DNA of 64,000 nucleotides from Raillietiella orientalis (taxonomy: Eukaryota): the NCBI GenBank assembly GCA_036172245.1, contig JAYWIR010000047.1:434001-498000 (forward strand), given 5' to 3'. This document shows positions 13,330 to 24,480 of this stretch, piece after piece; position 1 is the first letter of the stretch; every line of letters starts with the position of its first letter. A program made the translations under genes and the position numbers. The notes under the pieces are model-generated. The model was not told where the DNA came from, made no database searches, and was given only the letters and a program-made list of their open reading frames with translations.

Positions 13330-15950
13330 GCGATAACCCACACTGTCCTCCTCGCCCTTACCCACCCCCACGCCACAAATTAGCAGCCATCACCCACACG
13401 ATGGGAATCGACCGCATGCATAGCGTCCAGGCGGACCGCCTTCCGGAAGGGACTTTCTATCGAAGACCGCGTCCTGGCGTCCGCGTTCAGACCGCCACAC
13501 ATCATGAGGGCGTCATCGCCCAGGAGGAAGCGCGGGAGGGACCGAAGATGAGCCAAGGACCGGCCAGAGCTACAGAAGGGATAGGCTGTCGGACAAGGGC
13601 CCACGAGCCCCGGTCGACAGATATTTGACCTGAGCCGCCAACCCTCACCCCGCAGAAGAACGCCCGATCCCGCATCAGGGTGTGGAGGAACTCGGAACTA
13701 CGGATGGAGTCAGGGGCTCCTGACCCGTGAGCCCCTGACGAGCGGCCTGAATCTGAGGGCCATTCTTTTCCCTCAGTCGGCGAAAGGAAGAGGAGAAGAG
13801 GATGGACGAGGAGATACCTTTCTGGATGCAAAGTGCCTACAAGGACAATCAGAACAGCCACCCGATAAGCTGACAGCGAGACACGCTGGTGCGTCTTTGT
13901 CCACGGTCCGATGCTCCTGGATCTACTAAGGAGTCGGCGGCCTCATTCGTCCCTCCCAATTGCTGCTCGCGAGCTGCGCAAACGATAAACCTTAAGAACC
14001 GTGAAAGACCTTCGAGAGAAGGAGAAACCGCGCCCTGCTGTCCGAACTCCTTTGGACGGGCTCCGGATGGGTCCTTGGCTGCTCCCCAGCGGGACCCGAT
14101 GGGCAGCGAATCGAGGAGCTTCGGTCGCCAAACGAAACGCAGGGGACTCCTCGAGAGACCGCGGAGGGAAGCGAGGAAAGAAAGGAGTTTGAAAATCTGG
14201 TCGTCCTGTCGGAAGGGAGGTGCTGCATCCATAGGCGCCGTGCGCATTCCGGCCGCTGGCCCAGGACGCGTGTCCTCTCAGCACGCATCCGGACTGTGCT
14301 GGATGCTGGAGCACACCCACCTTCCCTCCTCGTCGTGCTTCCTGCCTGATTCGGATGGACTCCCGAGTTCCTCGGGCACCTCGGCGTTCCCGCCAAGTCT
14401 CACGCTTCCCATGAACCCCTCTGCCAGCTCTCGCACTTCGGCTGGTTCTCTTCCGGGAGCCGGAAGGGGGTGGGAGGGACGTTCCCCTTCCTCCGTCTCG
14501 CTTCTTCCAGCAATGCAGCCGAAGGCCGCGTCGAGTGCAACTGCTCGACTCACCCCTCGGGGCACTTAGATCGGTCGAAGCCTCGAATGGACGCCCGGTG
14601 ATGGAGGCCATGGACTCCCGTTTTTTCGTTTCCCTTGATCATGCTAACCTGATGGTCACGGTTCGAGCGAGCGAGCCCTCGACGACAGCCCCGGTGACCC
14701 CGATCTGGTTGCCCGGGAGACCCCATGAAACGGCTGCTGAGCCTCGAGCGGGTCCGATGCTCCAGGCCAGAATAAGAGGGGTCGTACAGGGCGTCGTCTG
14801 CACCTCTAAGAGCCCGGAGATGCGTCCCCAGCAGCGCCAGGGTGGCGAAGAGGGGACGGACGTCGGAGGTCTACCCTCCATCTCACCTCAAAGGGAGAGG
14901 ACGGGTCGATGCGAGCGATCGTCACAGAATGCTGGAGATCGGGGGACCCTCGGGAGGGTCAGGGTGATGATGAAAGGGACCGACGGTCTTCAGGAGAAGG
15001 AAGGGGTCCTCCGAGGAGCAAATTGGCGCACTCGAGAATCCTGCTCCGGAGGGGTCACTGGGTCTCAGCTGCCACCCGCAGTCAGGTATTCTCCCAGGGT
15101 CGGGACCTCGTCCATGGGGCGCGATGGGGTGCATGCCGGCTGTGGAGATAATGGGGCGGGCGTGTGGAGGGCGCTCTCTTCCCATCGTCCGCTCGTTCCT
15201 CCCTTCCTCCCGTCAACGGGAGCTCCGAGAAGAAAAATGCGGGTGGATGAATCCCCCGAGCCGGTTACCGAGGTGGACTCTGGTCGCGACATCGATCACC
15301 CTTCCTTGCGTAGCGCTCCTTGCAGAAGTGGTCTGCAAGAGGTGCCGGTTAAGGCTGCTCGCTCAGCGCAGCGAGACCAGGGGACGATGGCACGTGTTGC
15401 CTCCCCCCGGCATGCAAGAGGCAGGGCGCTGTCCAGCGCAGAGCCTGCCTGCCTCCCCTACCTATGTCGTCGCCTGCGCCGCGAGGACAGCTCGTCCTGG
15501 GATGAGAAACCCCACCCGGCACCTCGGGTACTACGAGTCATGGAGCATCCCGAGGAAACCTTCCTTCCTTCTAGCCCTGCGACGAGCCGCCTCTCTCTCT
15601 TCCCGGTGTGTCCGTCCAAGGAGGAACCGCTCCGGATGTTCCGATTTCCGCTTCCTCGCTGGCACGCCGTCCCTCCTCCCTGCAACAGCATGAGGGGATC
15701 CGACCCGGTCCAACAGATCGCGATGTCCGGCGCTTCTTCCGACAGAGAGCTGGAGGCTGCTCGCCGCAGCAGCAGGAGAGGGCTCCAGGGAAGATCGGCA
15801 CTCTTCGATCGGCTGCCAAAGGAGGTTCCATTTCCAGGGGTTTCAGGGACCAGGCGCCGCCCTTCTGTTGATGCCCGGTACGGATAGATGTTCACGACGA
15901 TGGGATCGTATATTCTCGACCAGGTTTTGCCAGCAACCGAAGAGGCTGGA
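13330..15950 (-). mobile_element. Decayed L1/Tx1-type LINE (ORF2 remnant)
   Basis: GC-rich frameshifted sequence with an endonuclease-like RGAGWGF segment near 15.5 kb and a degenerate zinc-finger/WLIFG C-terminal segment near 13.5-13.7 kb. The 450-aa + strand ORF 14535-15887 is its antisense frame. Confidence 0.45.
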
Positions 15951-16388
15951 AGCGCCTGGAGCGCGGCGGGGGAGGAAACTCGCCCCTATCTCCCTCGGCA
16001 CACTGAACCCTTGCCGTTCAAGGACCTGACCGGTTCTCAGGCTCCTGGAGGTGGAAATTAAGCGCGGCGATCTTCGTCGAATGACAGCAGATGCAACGAC
16101 GTCAGAGAGACGGGAGAGAGGAAGAAGAGAGAGGGAGCGGATAACAGGTGACGCAAACAGCTGCTGCTGCTGTCCACTCCCCGGTCTGTGACATTCGCGG
16201 ATCCTCTGGGAAGGCGGAATGGGGGTGCACCGCATCGGGCGATCTGGGCCAACGCTCAATCAGCACACCGCTCATGCCTCCCGCGGATGCGAGCGCCCTT
16301 CCAGCACTCGGCGAGCGGCGGCCGACAGCTCGAGGTGTCCCGACACCGGGACGCTGGCCTGCCGCGGGGCGGGGGAGACTCCACTTGC

Positions 16389-18046
16389 CTTTCTGGTTGC
16401 TGACGGTCAGGACGTTGCCGCTCAACGTCGTCAGGTTGGCTCCATCGGGCAAGTCCCTCAGGTCATGCTGACCTTCGACGATGAGATTTTCCAGAAGCAT
16501 CATCCTCAGGCGGGCGTCGAAGAAGAACGGATCGCCTCCGTCCTGTGGGATGAGGTTGTCGAACGCTCGGTCCAGGGGTAGGAAAAACGTGTACTCCTTC
16601 GACGCGTCTGCAAAACCGGGAGGGGAAAGAATGCAGAAGGGGGGAACAACAACTTTTGGACTCGTCCTCCGGAGACACCCGTCTCTTGGTGCAGGAAGCC
16701 ATTCTTCCATCTGTACGGGGGGGAAGGGAGAACGGGCGAAGACTGCGCAAGATGCGAAAAGCGAGTAACCACCCCTTCCGGCCGCTCAGTGTGAATGCAG
16801 CAGACGGAAGGGCAAAGATGGGTCGGTACGCAGGCGGTAGCACAGCGCACAAGACAAAGAGAGGGGGGAAAGGGGGGGAAAGAAAATATTTGAATTTGTC
16901 CTCCGGAAGAAGAATTTTCCTCCCGAATGAAACAGACTGCTCGGTGTCTGGAATGAAGGGTGAGCATAAGAAAGTTCTGCATAACGACAATTCCAAAGAA
17001 GCGCTCCTGATGGGATGGAAGATGGATTCTCAAAATCCTCGAATCTTGGAACGGGTTCACGGGACTGAACTCTGGGAGGAGGAGGAGGAGCGAAAGCGAG
17101 AGGAATGGAAGGCACCGATTTCTCGAGCCCGGAGCTCCGAGAAATCTCCCATCTGCAACGGCGGGGCTTCAGTCTTCCCGGCCCGCGGGGCTGCCCTCGC
17201 TTAAGATGCCATTTAAAGCGATGGCCCTTGCGTTCGGTGAGAAACGGGCCAGTAGAAAAAAAAGAAAGCTCTCGAAAGAAAAGTCTTGACAGAGCCACTG
17301 TCATCCCATTAACAGACTCCCCTGATTACGCGCCGGTGCGATCTGTGCCCAGCCCGGCTTTGTGTGCGTGCGTGCGTGCGTGCGGGTGGTGTGCATATGC
17401 ATGCGGGCGCGTATGTATATATATGCACATTCCAAACATTAGTTTGAAACAACTAATTTTAGGAATGAACCATTCCAGATCACCTAATGAGAACAATGGA
17501 GCTTTTTCCCAATCGTGATGAAAGACTAGGATGCAGGGTCTGATGGGAGACTGTGTAGATGATGGCAATGTAGAACCGCTCTTCGGATTCTCAACAGGCT
17601 TCCTGTTTTCGGGTCGCTTTTTGCCCTTTCGCTTTTAAAGAAATCATTTCTTTAGGTTTTAGTCCGTGGTCACTCTGGTGACCTTCTGATGCTTTTCGAG
17701 ATCGCGACTGTTGAACAGAAACTCCTGGAAAGCTAAATAATGTGGATGGGGATGAACGGAATCGATTTGCTTGTTTTCCGATAGTGAGAAATGCTGTTTG
17801 AGGTGGGGGAAAAAAAGGAAAAAAGGGTTACATACTCAGCAGTTGTGCGATGTTCGCCATCTTGATGTAACGAGGAAGACCAAACCACGGGAAATCCGAT
17901 TTCTGGGATGCCATGAATTCCAGGACATCGCTCAATGCATTTATTTCTTCCTCAGAGGAGGCATCCTCTGTGAGAAGGACCCTACTACTGGTTAATCCAA
18001 TCCACACCAGTATAATAGCGCAGGCTCTATGGGCAAGCATTTTCAT
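16389..18046 (-). CDS. Secreted fasciclin (FAS1) domain protein, partial: coding exons 18046-17836 and 16607-16389
   Basis: Exon A: MKMLAHRACAIILVWIGLTSS (signal-peptide-like)...SDVLEFMASQKSDFPWFGLPRYIKMANIAQLL, donor A|GTATGT (phase 1), upstream acceptor at 18081-18082. Exon B (acceptor TTTTGCAG, phase 1): NASKEYTFFLPLDRAFDNL...LLENLIVEGQHDLRDLPDGANLTTLSGNVLTVSNQK, with the FAS1 H1 motif (YT.F.P...AF) and the L.TL.G..L.V motif. Exon B ends at AAG|GCAAGT. Later exons not identified. Confidence 0.82.
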
Positions 18047-18299
18047 CTTTCATCTAGAGCTACACAGCATCCTTTGTTCTCTGGGGGGAAAAAAATAAAA
18101 TGAAACGGGATGAAATTCTATGGCGGGGGGAACGAGAATTCAGTGCATCCGAACTCAATATCGATCAGCTGCGGTGCTGCTCAGCAAGGAGAATGCTTCA
18201 TGGAGCTTTACTTCAAAAGAAACACAAAGGAAAACACCACGCAGAGCACCGTCGGTCGCGATGGAACTCTTTTTGACACACCGAACAAACGGGACACTC

Positions 18300-18800
18300 G
18301 CCGGGAAGAGATTTGGGAAAGACAAACTGCGGCAACCGACTGCCAACTTCCTGGAAGTAGGATCTCGCTTCAGGCAACAGGAAAAGTTCCGCAAAGTCGT
18401 CAAGGCAACGAAAGACACGAGGAACGCGCGGCGCGATTCCCGTTCCGAAATTGCCGAATTCCATTCTGGGCTTCTGGCGCTCGAAAAGACTTCTCCCGCT
18501 TCCAGCAAAAACGCGGGAAAATCGAGTCACGCCTGCAGGCTTTTTCGGCATTCGTGGGGTGTTTCGTCTAGGTGGGAGCGGAGGGGAAGCTCGACATGAG
18601 ACCGAGGGGATCTTCCCCGCCCCCTACAGGCATTCAAGCCATTTCAGAAACGCTTGCTGCGATGCGAGCAGAAGAACCCAACGCGAATCCCATCTGCGTC
18701 CAAATTCACCCGACGTGTGCTTTCCTCCTTCCCTCTTCTCTGCAAGCAAGCGGTCTGTGGGGCGGAGGCTGCAGCAGTCTCGTCTTCAGGTACTGAAAGA
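18300..18800 (+). mobile_element. Decayed L1/Tx1 ORF2 fragment (post-RT region)
   Basis: IPFWASG...KIESRLQAF...SGLWGGG resembles the post-RT 'KI...L..W ... F.W.G' region of L1-clade ORF2, interrupted by stops. Confidence 0.4.
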
Positions 18801-18849
18801 CGATAAACCGAGGTCTGTTTGATGTCTTGAGCTTCAAAAAGAAAGAAGG

Positions 18850-19700
18850 AAAGAGAAAAAAAAAGAAGAAAAGGAGATCATTCAAGGCGCTTGTCGAGGG
18901 ATGAGATCCTCGTAAATTCGAGCGAACGTGCCCTGGTCCTCTCGAGATCATCATAGTAGTGCACACACCCCATCTATTCGAATTCTTTCCTAGCGATGCT
19001 GACGCTGTCGAACGCGTGGACAACGCACGCCTCCTCCTTTAACATGGAGTACTTCCATCTCCGTATTTCCGCTCCTTTCTCACCATCGGCTTAGCTGTCT
19101 CCTCACACCCAAATCGCTGAGAAGGGCACTTGTGGACACCTGCGCGCATCACGAACCTTCTCAGTCTTTTTCTCCCCTGCCCTCTTTCCTGCTTGAATCT
19201 CCTCGACACCCTCGAGAGGAGCTGCGAGAACCTTTTTGGTCCCCTTCCATGGATCGTCAAAGATTTTTCAAGAAACAGACTTCAAGCAAAGCACTGGGAA
19301 CCGCGTTCTGCTGGATGCTCACAGGTTAGTACGAGATGATGCCGGGGCAGCATCTTCATTTCCAGCAATTTAACCAGCAGGTGACTGTTCTCCACCGCGG
19401 ACTCAAACAATTTTGTCGAAAATGTTGAAGAACGAGCGTGAACAAGGATGCAAGGACAAGGAGGAAAGTTCGGTGCGGAACTGAACAAAAGCCACACGTT
19501 AGAAACAGAGCTCGGAGCAGAGGATCCAACTATGGCAAGAGGGACATACTACTGCCACTCATCTTGGGCCTATTCCTCGGCATTTCTTCGAGGAAGGGAA
19601 GAATAATTGTTCTTTCTTCCCACTCGATGCCGGAAGCAGAGCCTTCTGATTATGCGAAATGGGGCTGCCGTCGAGGGACTACCGAGCGAGAAGTGGAAAT
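18850..19700 (-). mobile_element. Decayed L1/Tx1 3' fragment
   Basis: HKCPSQRFGCEETAKP resembles the C-terminal C-x2-C...E-T..H zinc finger of L1-clade ORF2, followed by a T-rich tail-like tract. Confidence 0.4.
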
Positions 19701-20699
19701 GAATCACCACAAAAGACAGCGACCGATCCGTCCGTGACTGGAGGGAGAAGAGCTAATGTGTGAACCCGTGATGCTGCTCTGTCGATAAGGTCAAGCAAGG
19801 GATAACAAGAACAAAAATATCGCAAAATTCCTCTTATGAAACGATAAACTTACATTGCACCTTCAGTATTTGTGCATCCCGGAACTCCAGTCACGCTGCC
19901 AAATCCGGAAGAAACGTTCAGAACAGGATTTGCTCACTATTCGAGGAACCCGATCACTATGGCGACCTAGATTCCCGATTGTCTTAGCGTAGGGGTATCC
20001 GGCGATCTCCGATTTTTCCCTGTAAGTTCGACTACTACGCGTTTTTGATGATCTCGCACCACTGGATACGCTGCACGTGCACCTGTTCAGAAGGAGCCCT
20101 CGCAAGTGTCTCCGAGCTGAAGATTCTACTGGCTCCAAAGGATCCACCTTAATTGATCTACCAAGTAGACAGCCTCCGGAAATCGCACCTCCCATTGTCT
20201 CTTCCTTTTCGAGAACAGTCTTGGTATACGTACCGCCGGAGCAGGTCCAGCTCTTCACCTCCCGAGCGGGTGAGCGGACTGCTACCCCGGCGCGGATCAC
20301 AGAACCTTTCATGCCCGATGATCAGAAAGCTGGTTCTCTGGGGTATTCGCCCGCATTGTTCCCAGGGAAGCGTTTCGTCTCCGAGGAATAATTGTCGCCG
20401 TGGCAATTATCTCGCACTTTGGCTGATGCGCGCACTTAGCGGAAAACAGGAAGAAGAGGAAGAGGAAAACCACAAAATGTGCCCATCAGAACCGGCTTTC
20501 GGCGTCGGGTTTGGCAAAGAAAGAACAGGGAGGTCACGATTTCGAGATCATGCGAGCTGTCGGGTGAAAGAATTGATTGCGATGATACTGTCAAGGATGA
20601 TTTTTTTTTTTTACGAAAAGCTTCCGATTTCTATTCGTGATTGTGCGTTGAAATAAGAACGACACACGAGTGATAATGGCAGAAGATGGCAAGGTTTCG

Positions 20700-23600
20700 C
20701 CTCCCGGGATTGCTGGGTCAACGTGGTGAATGTCACGAATCAAGGCGTTCTTCAAATCGTTCGAAGACGCATCAATGAAGAAGAGCCAAACTCTCTCGAG
20801 GATAGGAAGAAAAAAATATGCGTCGAGAGATGATTCCAACCGAATGTCAGGGAGAAGGACAGACTGCCAGCCTTGATCACAGCTGCGACAAGCACGTCTT
20901 CGCTTCGAGCGGAGTTCGTCTTGGAAACGCGAGGGCTTCGCAACAAGCGGATTTACGTCTGAGCCGCATCATCCCAAGAGTGTCCGTTCCGCACCTTCCA
21001 CTCCTGCTGAGTTCCCTTCAATGCCCTTCGTGGACTCCCCACGTGGACTTGCAAACTCTCGAGTTCTCGCGGATATAGGAAATCTCACCGGCCCGCTTCG
21101 AGAAAACGTCAACTCCCTCTGCCGAAGGGCTGCGGTTCTGCGACCACCATTCTTCGTACTCAAAAATCTTTCGTTGCACCAGCTAGCTCCGTTCTCCGGA
21201 AATTGACTGTAAGCGGACGCCGCCATCCGTCATCTGCGAGATGCTCCATGCGATTAGCTTCGTTTCTGATGATGGTGGAGTTCCCACTTCATCGGGAAAG
21301 ATCCTAGTCCTTTTCCGCAGACGACCTCTGCTCCTTTCCTTTCCAGAAACTCCACTTGAGGCAACAGTCTCCGACTCGACAGCCTTAGCGATGGCTCATC
21401 GTGAAGGGATGACGCTGCTCTTCTGGAGAGGGGAAAGCGGCAGGGTCTCAACATCTCTCTATCGCTGGAGAAGAAGGAGACGAGTTTGCTCCGAATCCGG
21501 AAGAGACACTGCCTTCCGGGACCCTCATGTCGGTGGCGGATCGAAGGCGCTGGAGAGAGCGGAAACTGCTGCCTCCGGAGGAAGTTCCGGGTTCGCGAGT
21601 CTCCGAGTGCACCATCAACCCTCTGGCTCTCTTCCAGAATCTGCTTCGTTTCCTTGCTCTTGGCGTCACTGACTCCGGATTCAATCTCATCCGAGCGGGG
21701 CACGCTTTTCGTCAGGAGGCACGCACCGAGCTCTGGGTCCCTGCGGCGCGTTCTCGGACACCCAAGTCTGGGGTCATCGGTTCGCTCCTGTGAGCTATGC
21801 CTCCGATTTTTCGAGCACAGGCGCCCCAAGCTAAGGTCCGCGCGCTTCCGAAGAGCGTGACGTCACCATCTTGCTAGACTCCGACACACGGAACAGCCAC
21901 AAACTCGACTGATGCTGGGGACATCCGTTTCGTACCAGAGACGCCACGCGAGACACTCCATTTTCGGACCCATGGAAAGCTGGACGAGGTCTGCTGCTCC
22001 TTCTCGTTCCCTAAATCGGTCACTACCACGTCCTTTCTCCCGTGCATTTCCGATTCATCACCGCGTTTTCGTCCCGCTGCCGCCCGCGAAGCAGCAGCCT
22101 CGCCCGGTTCACCTCCGCACTAAGTCCCTGATCCCTCTGAGTGTGCGGAAGCGGGGGTTCCTGCACCACTGCTTCTTGGCGATCCCGCCGTGGTGAAGGG
22201 ATCCTGGTACATTTCCGGTACTTCCGGTCCTGTGATTCGCTCTTCACCGTGCTCTCCTCCCGCCACCTGGCGATTGAGGACCCTGGCAACAAGCTTGCTC
22301 AGCGTATGTGTGTCGGGGTCATCAAACTTCTTGCGGCTAAAGAAAAAATCTTAAAGGAGGAAAAGGAGAGCGAGAGAGAAAGAGAGAAAACTTTGATCTT
22401 TTTTATTTAGGTCTGCTGTGAAAACTCTAAGACGCTCATAGGACCGGACGCTGTACCTGCTGCAATGGCTCCTCTTCCGACAGGCTCCAAAGGATGTTCA
22501 CGTGCCAAAGATCAGGCTTGCGCTCTGCCATCAGTTCTACATGAAGCTCGTCGTCTCACAGAGCATCAGAGGGGTGACACTCAGGAAAAAGGTGTCTGTT
22601 CGCGCGCGCGTCGTCGCGTCACCAAACGTTGCAGATCCAATTTCGAATGTCCCCGGCGCTTTCGGAAGCGTCCCCGTCCAATCCTCTGAAGACTTAGAGG
22701 ATGGAATGATCACCTTTAGGTCATCTGAAGATGACCAACAAATCTACTGACTCCACTTCCAGGTGCCTGAAGCACACGATGGTAAGCGAGCGCATCACCT
22801 GATTAAAGATGAAGTGCACCGCGATGGTGTGGGACGTGATGTGTAGTCTCATATCGGCAAAAAGATGAGGAAGACAACGGAATCGGAAATGATGACCGCG
22901 AATAATGGGAAACCGCGCTCGAGTTCTTCCGTCGAAATGAACAACCAGAAGAATGGTTTCCTGGAACATTCTTAAGGGGGGAGGGGAGGGGCATGTGGGT
23001 GATGCCCTGCAAGTGCTGTGCTACGCCCTTTTTCCCAGTGCTACACTTCGAGCACGAGTGGAACTGTCTTCGATGTCCCCCACTGCTCCAGCCTGGCTCG
23101 GCCAGCAGTGGCATCTTCGGGGCCACCGATTCGAGCACGCGACCGCGATCTACCCAGCAGGGTTTTAAAAAGCGACAAGTGTCCACAGGAAGTATTCGGA
23201 GCGCCGGTTCGGATGTTCGGCTCGACGAACGGAAAACACGGAAGTTTCCCACGGGATTCCCTCCCTTCCCTTTAGCGATCCTCAGCTTTGCTCTTGGTGG
23301 ATGAATGCGATTCCTTCCCAGGTATTCCAGAGCATCGTGCAGCCCATCGTTCCAAGGATCACATCCTCCCAAAAGAAGAGAAGAGGAAGAGTGTTGGAAC
23401 CACGGACCTTTCCTTCTTCACTCTCAAGAGGAGGAGGAACCTAGGCGTCTCTTCTCCGCACCGCCGTCGGCTCGTGAGGGACCCGGGACCCCAAGAATGG
23501 CGAAACTCTACAAGAGCTGGGCATTACAGGAAGGCGCGCGAACCAGCTCGTCCGACATCCAACAAAGCAGGGAAATTTACAGAGCCCACTGGCTGGCACA

Positions 23601-24480
23601 CTCTCCCGTCAACCGAGCGTACTAACGGGATCCATTCGCCACGTCGGGATCGCCAAGAAGTAGTGGTGCAGGAACCCTACCGCAGGTTCTGCGCGTTCGG
23701 AGGAGAGCAGGGACTTTGGGCAGAGATGAGTCGAGGACAAGACGGTTGAAACACCAGAAGAATTCCGGGATTGAGGTTTCGCCTGCACCTTCGACCCTTC
23801 CAAACCCAGGCCCTCGCCCAAGGGCTGCTCTACCGGGCAGACTCTCATGGCATGTCCTCGGATGGATAAGCGGCCCCCACCACTGCGCAGCTCTATGCTT
23901 CCCCTCCTGAGGTGACGCAGAACGACCCTCTCCTGGAACTAAGGTGGTCCCCAACGCCGGCACCCCTGGATGAGGAGGAACGCGCATTTGTGCTCGGCCG
24001 TCAGGGTTGTCGGGCTCCGAGTTCCTACGCAGTGGATTCCGGCGCGTGATGACGGCCCTCCTGCTTCTTCAGGGGCTTCCCTCAGCAGCTCCTGTGGCGC
24101 TGTTTCGCTTAGCAAGGGTCTATGAGACCGCCGGTCCCGCCCGCCGGGATCCCCTGAGCTGCCTTCGAGAGGCAGTGCACCGGGAGTCGCCTGTTCACTT
24201 CATGCCCCTCCTTTCTCTCCTGTAAGGAGAGTAGCGAAATGGCCTCACCTCATCCCGGATCTCGAGGAAGGTGCAGGGCAGCCAACCGCTGACCTCTCCT
24301 CCCCCCTCTTTACGCGCTGAAATCCTGAGAATATTTCCTTCTTCCATCTATCGATCTAGGGTGTTTTATTTACCTATTTATTTATTTTTAGTTCTTAATC
24401 CTCCTGCCCCATCATCTTCACGCGGTCTACCCGAGTGTCGGCGCGTCATCCGGAACTGAATGCCCCCGAAGTGACCAGAT
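20700..24480. mobile_element. Cluster of decayed L1/Tx1 fragments in both orientations
   Basis: A homologous segment encoding GIAKK.WCRNP occurs at about 22080-22210 (-) and 23625-23745 (+). A LINE-like 3' end with T-rich UTR and terminal motif lies at 24230-24480 (+). Confidence 0.45.

Noticed and set aside
14535..15887. Longest ORF (450 aa, + strand)
   Set aside because: Arg/Pro/Ser/Gly-rich with no domain motifs; it is the antisense frame of a GC-rich decayed LINE.
22721..22969. VHFIFNQVM as a FAS1 H2 motif
   Set aside because: It lies upstream of the signal-peptide exon, so the order is wrong, and the match is poor.
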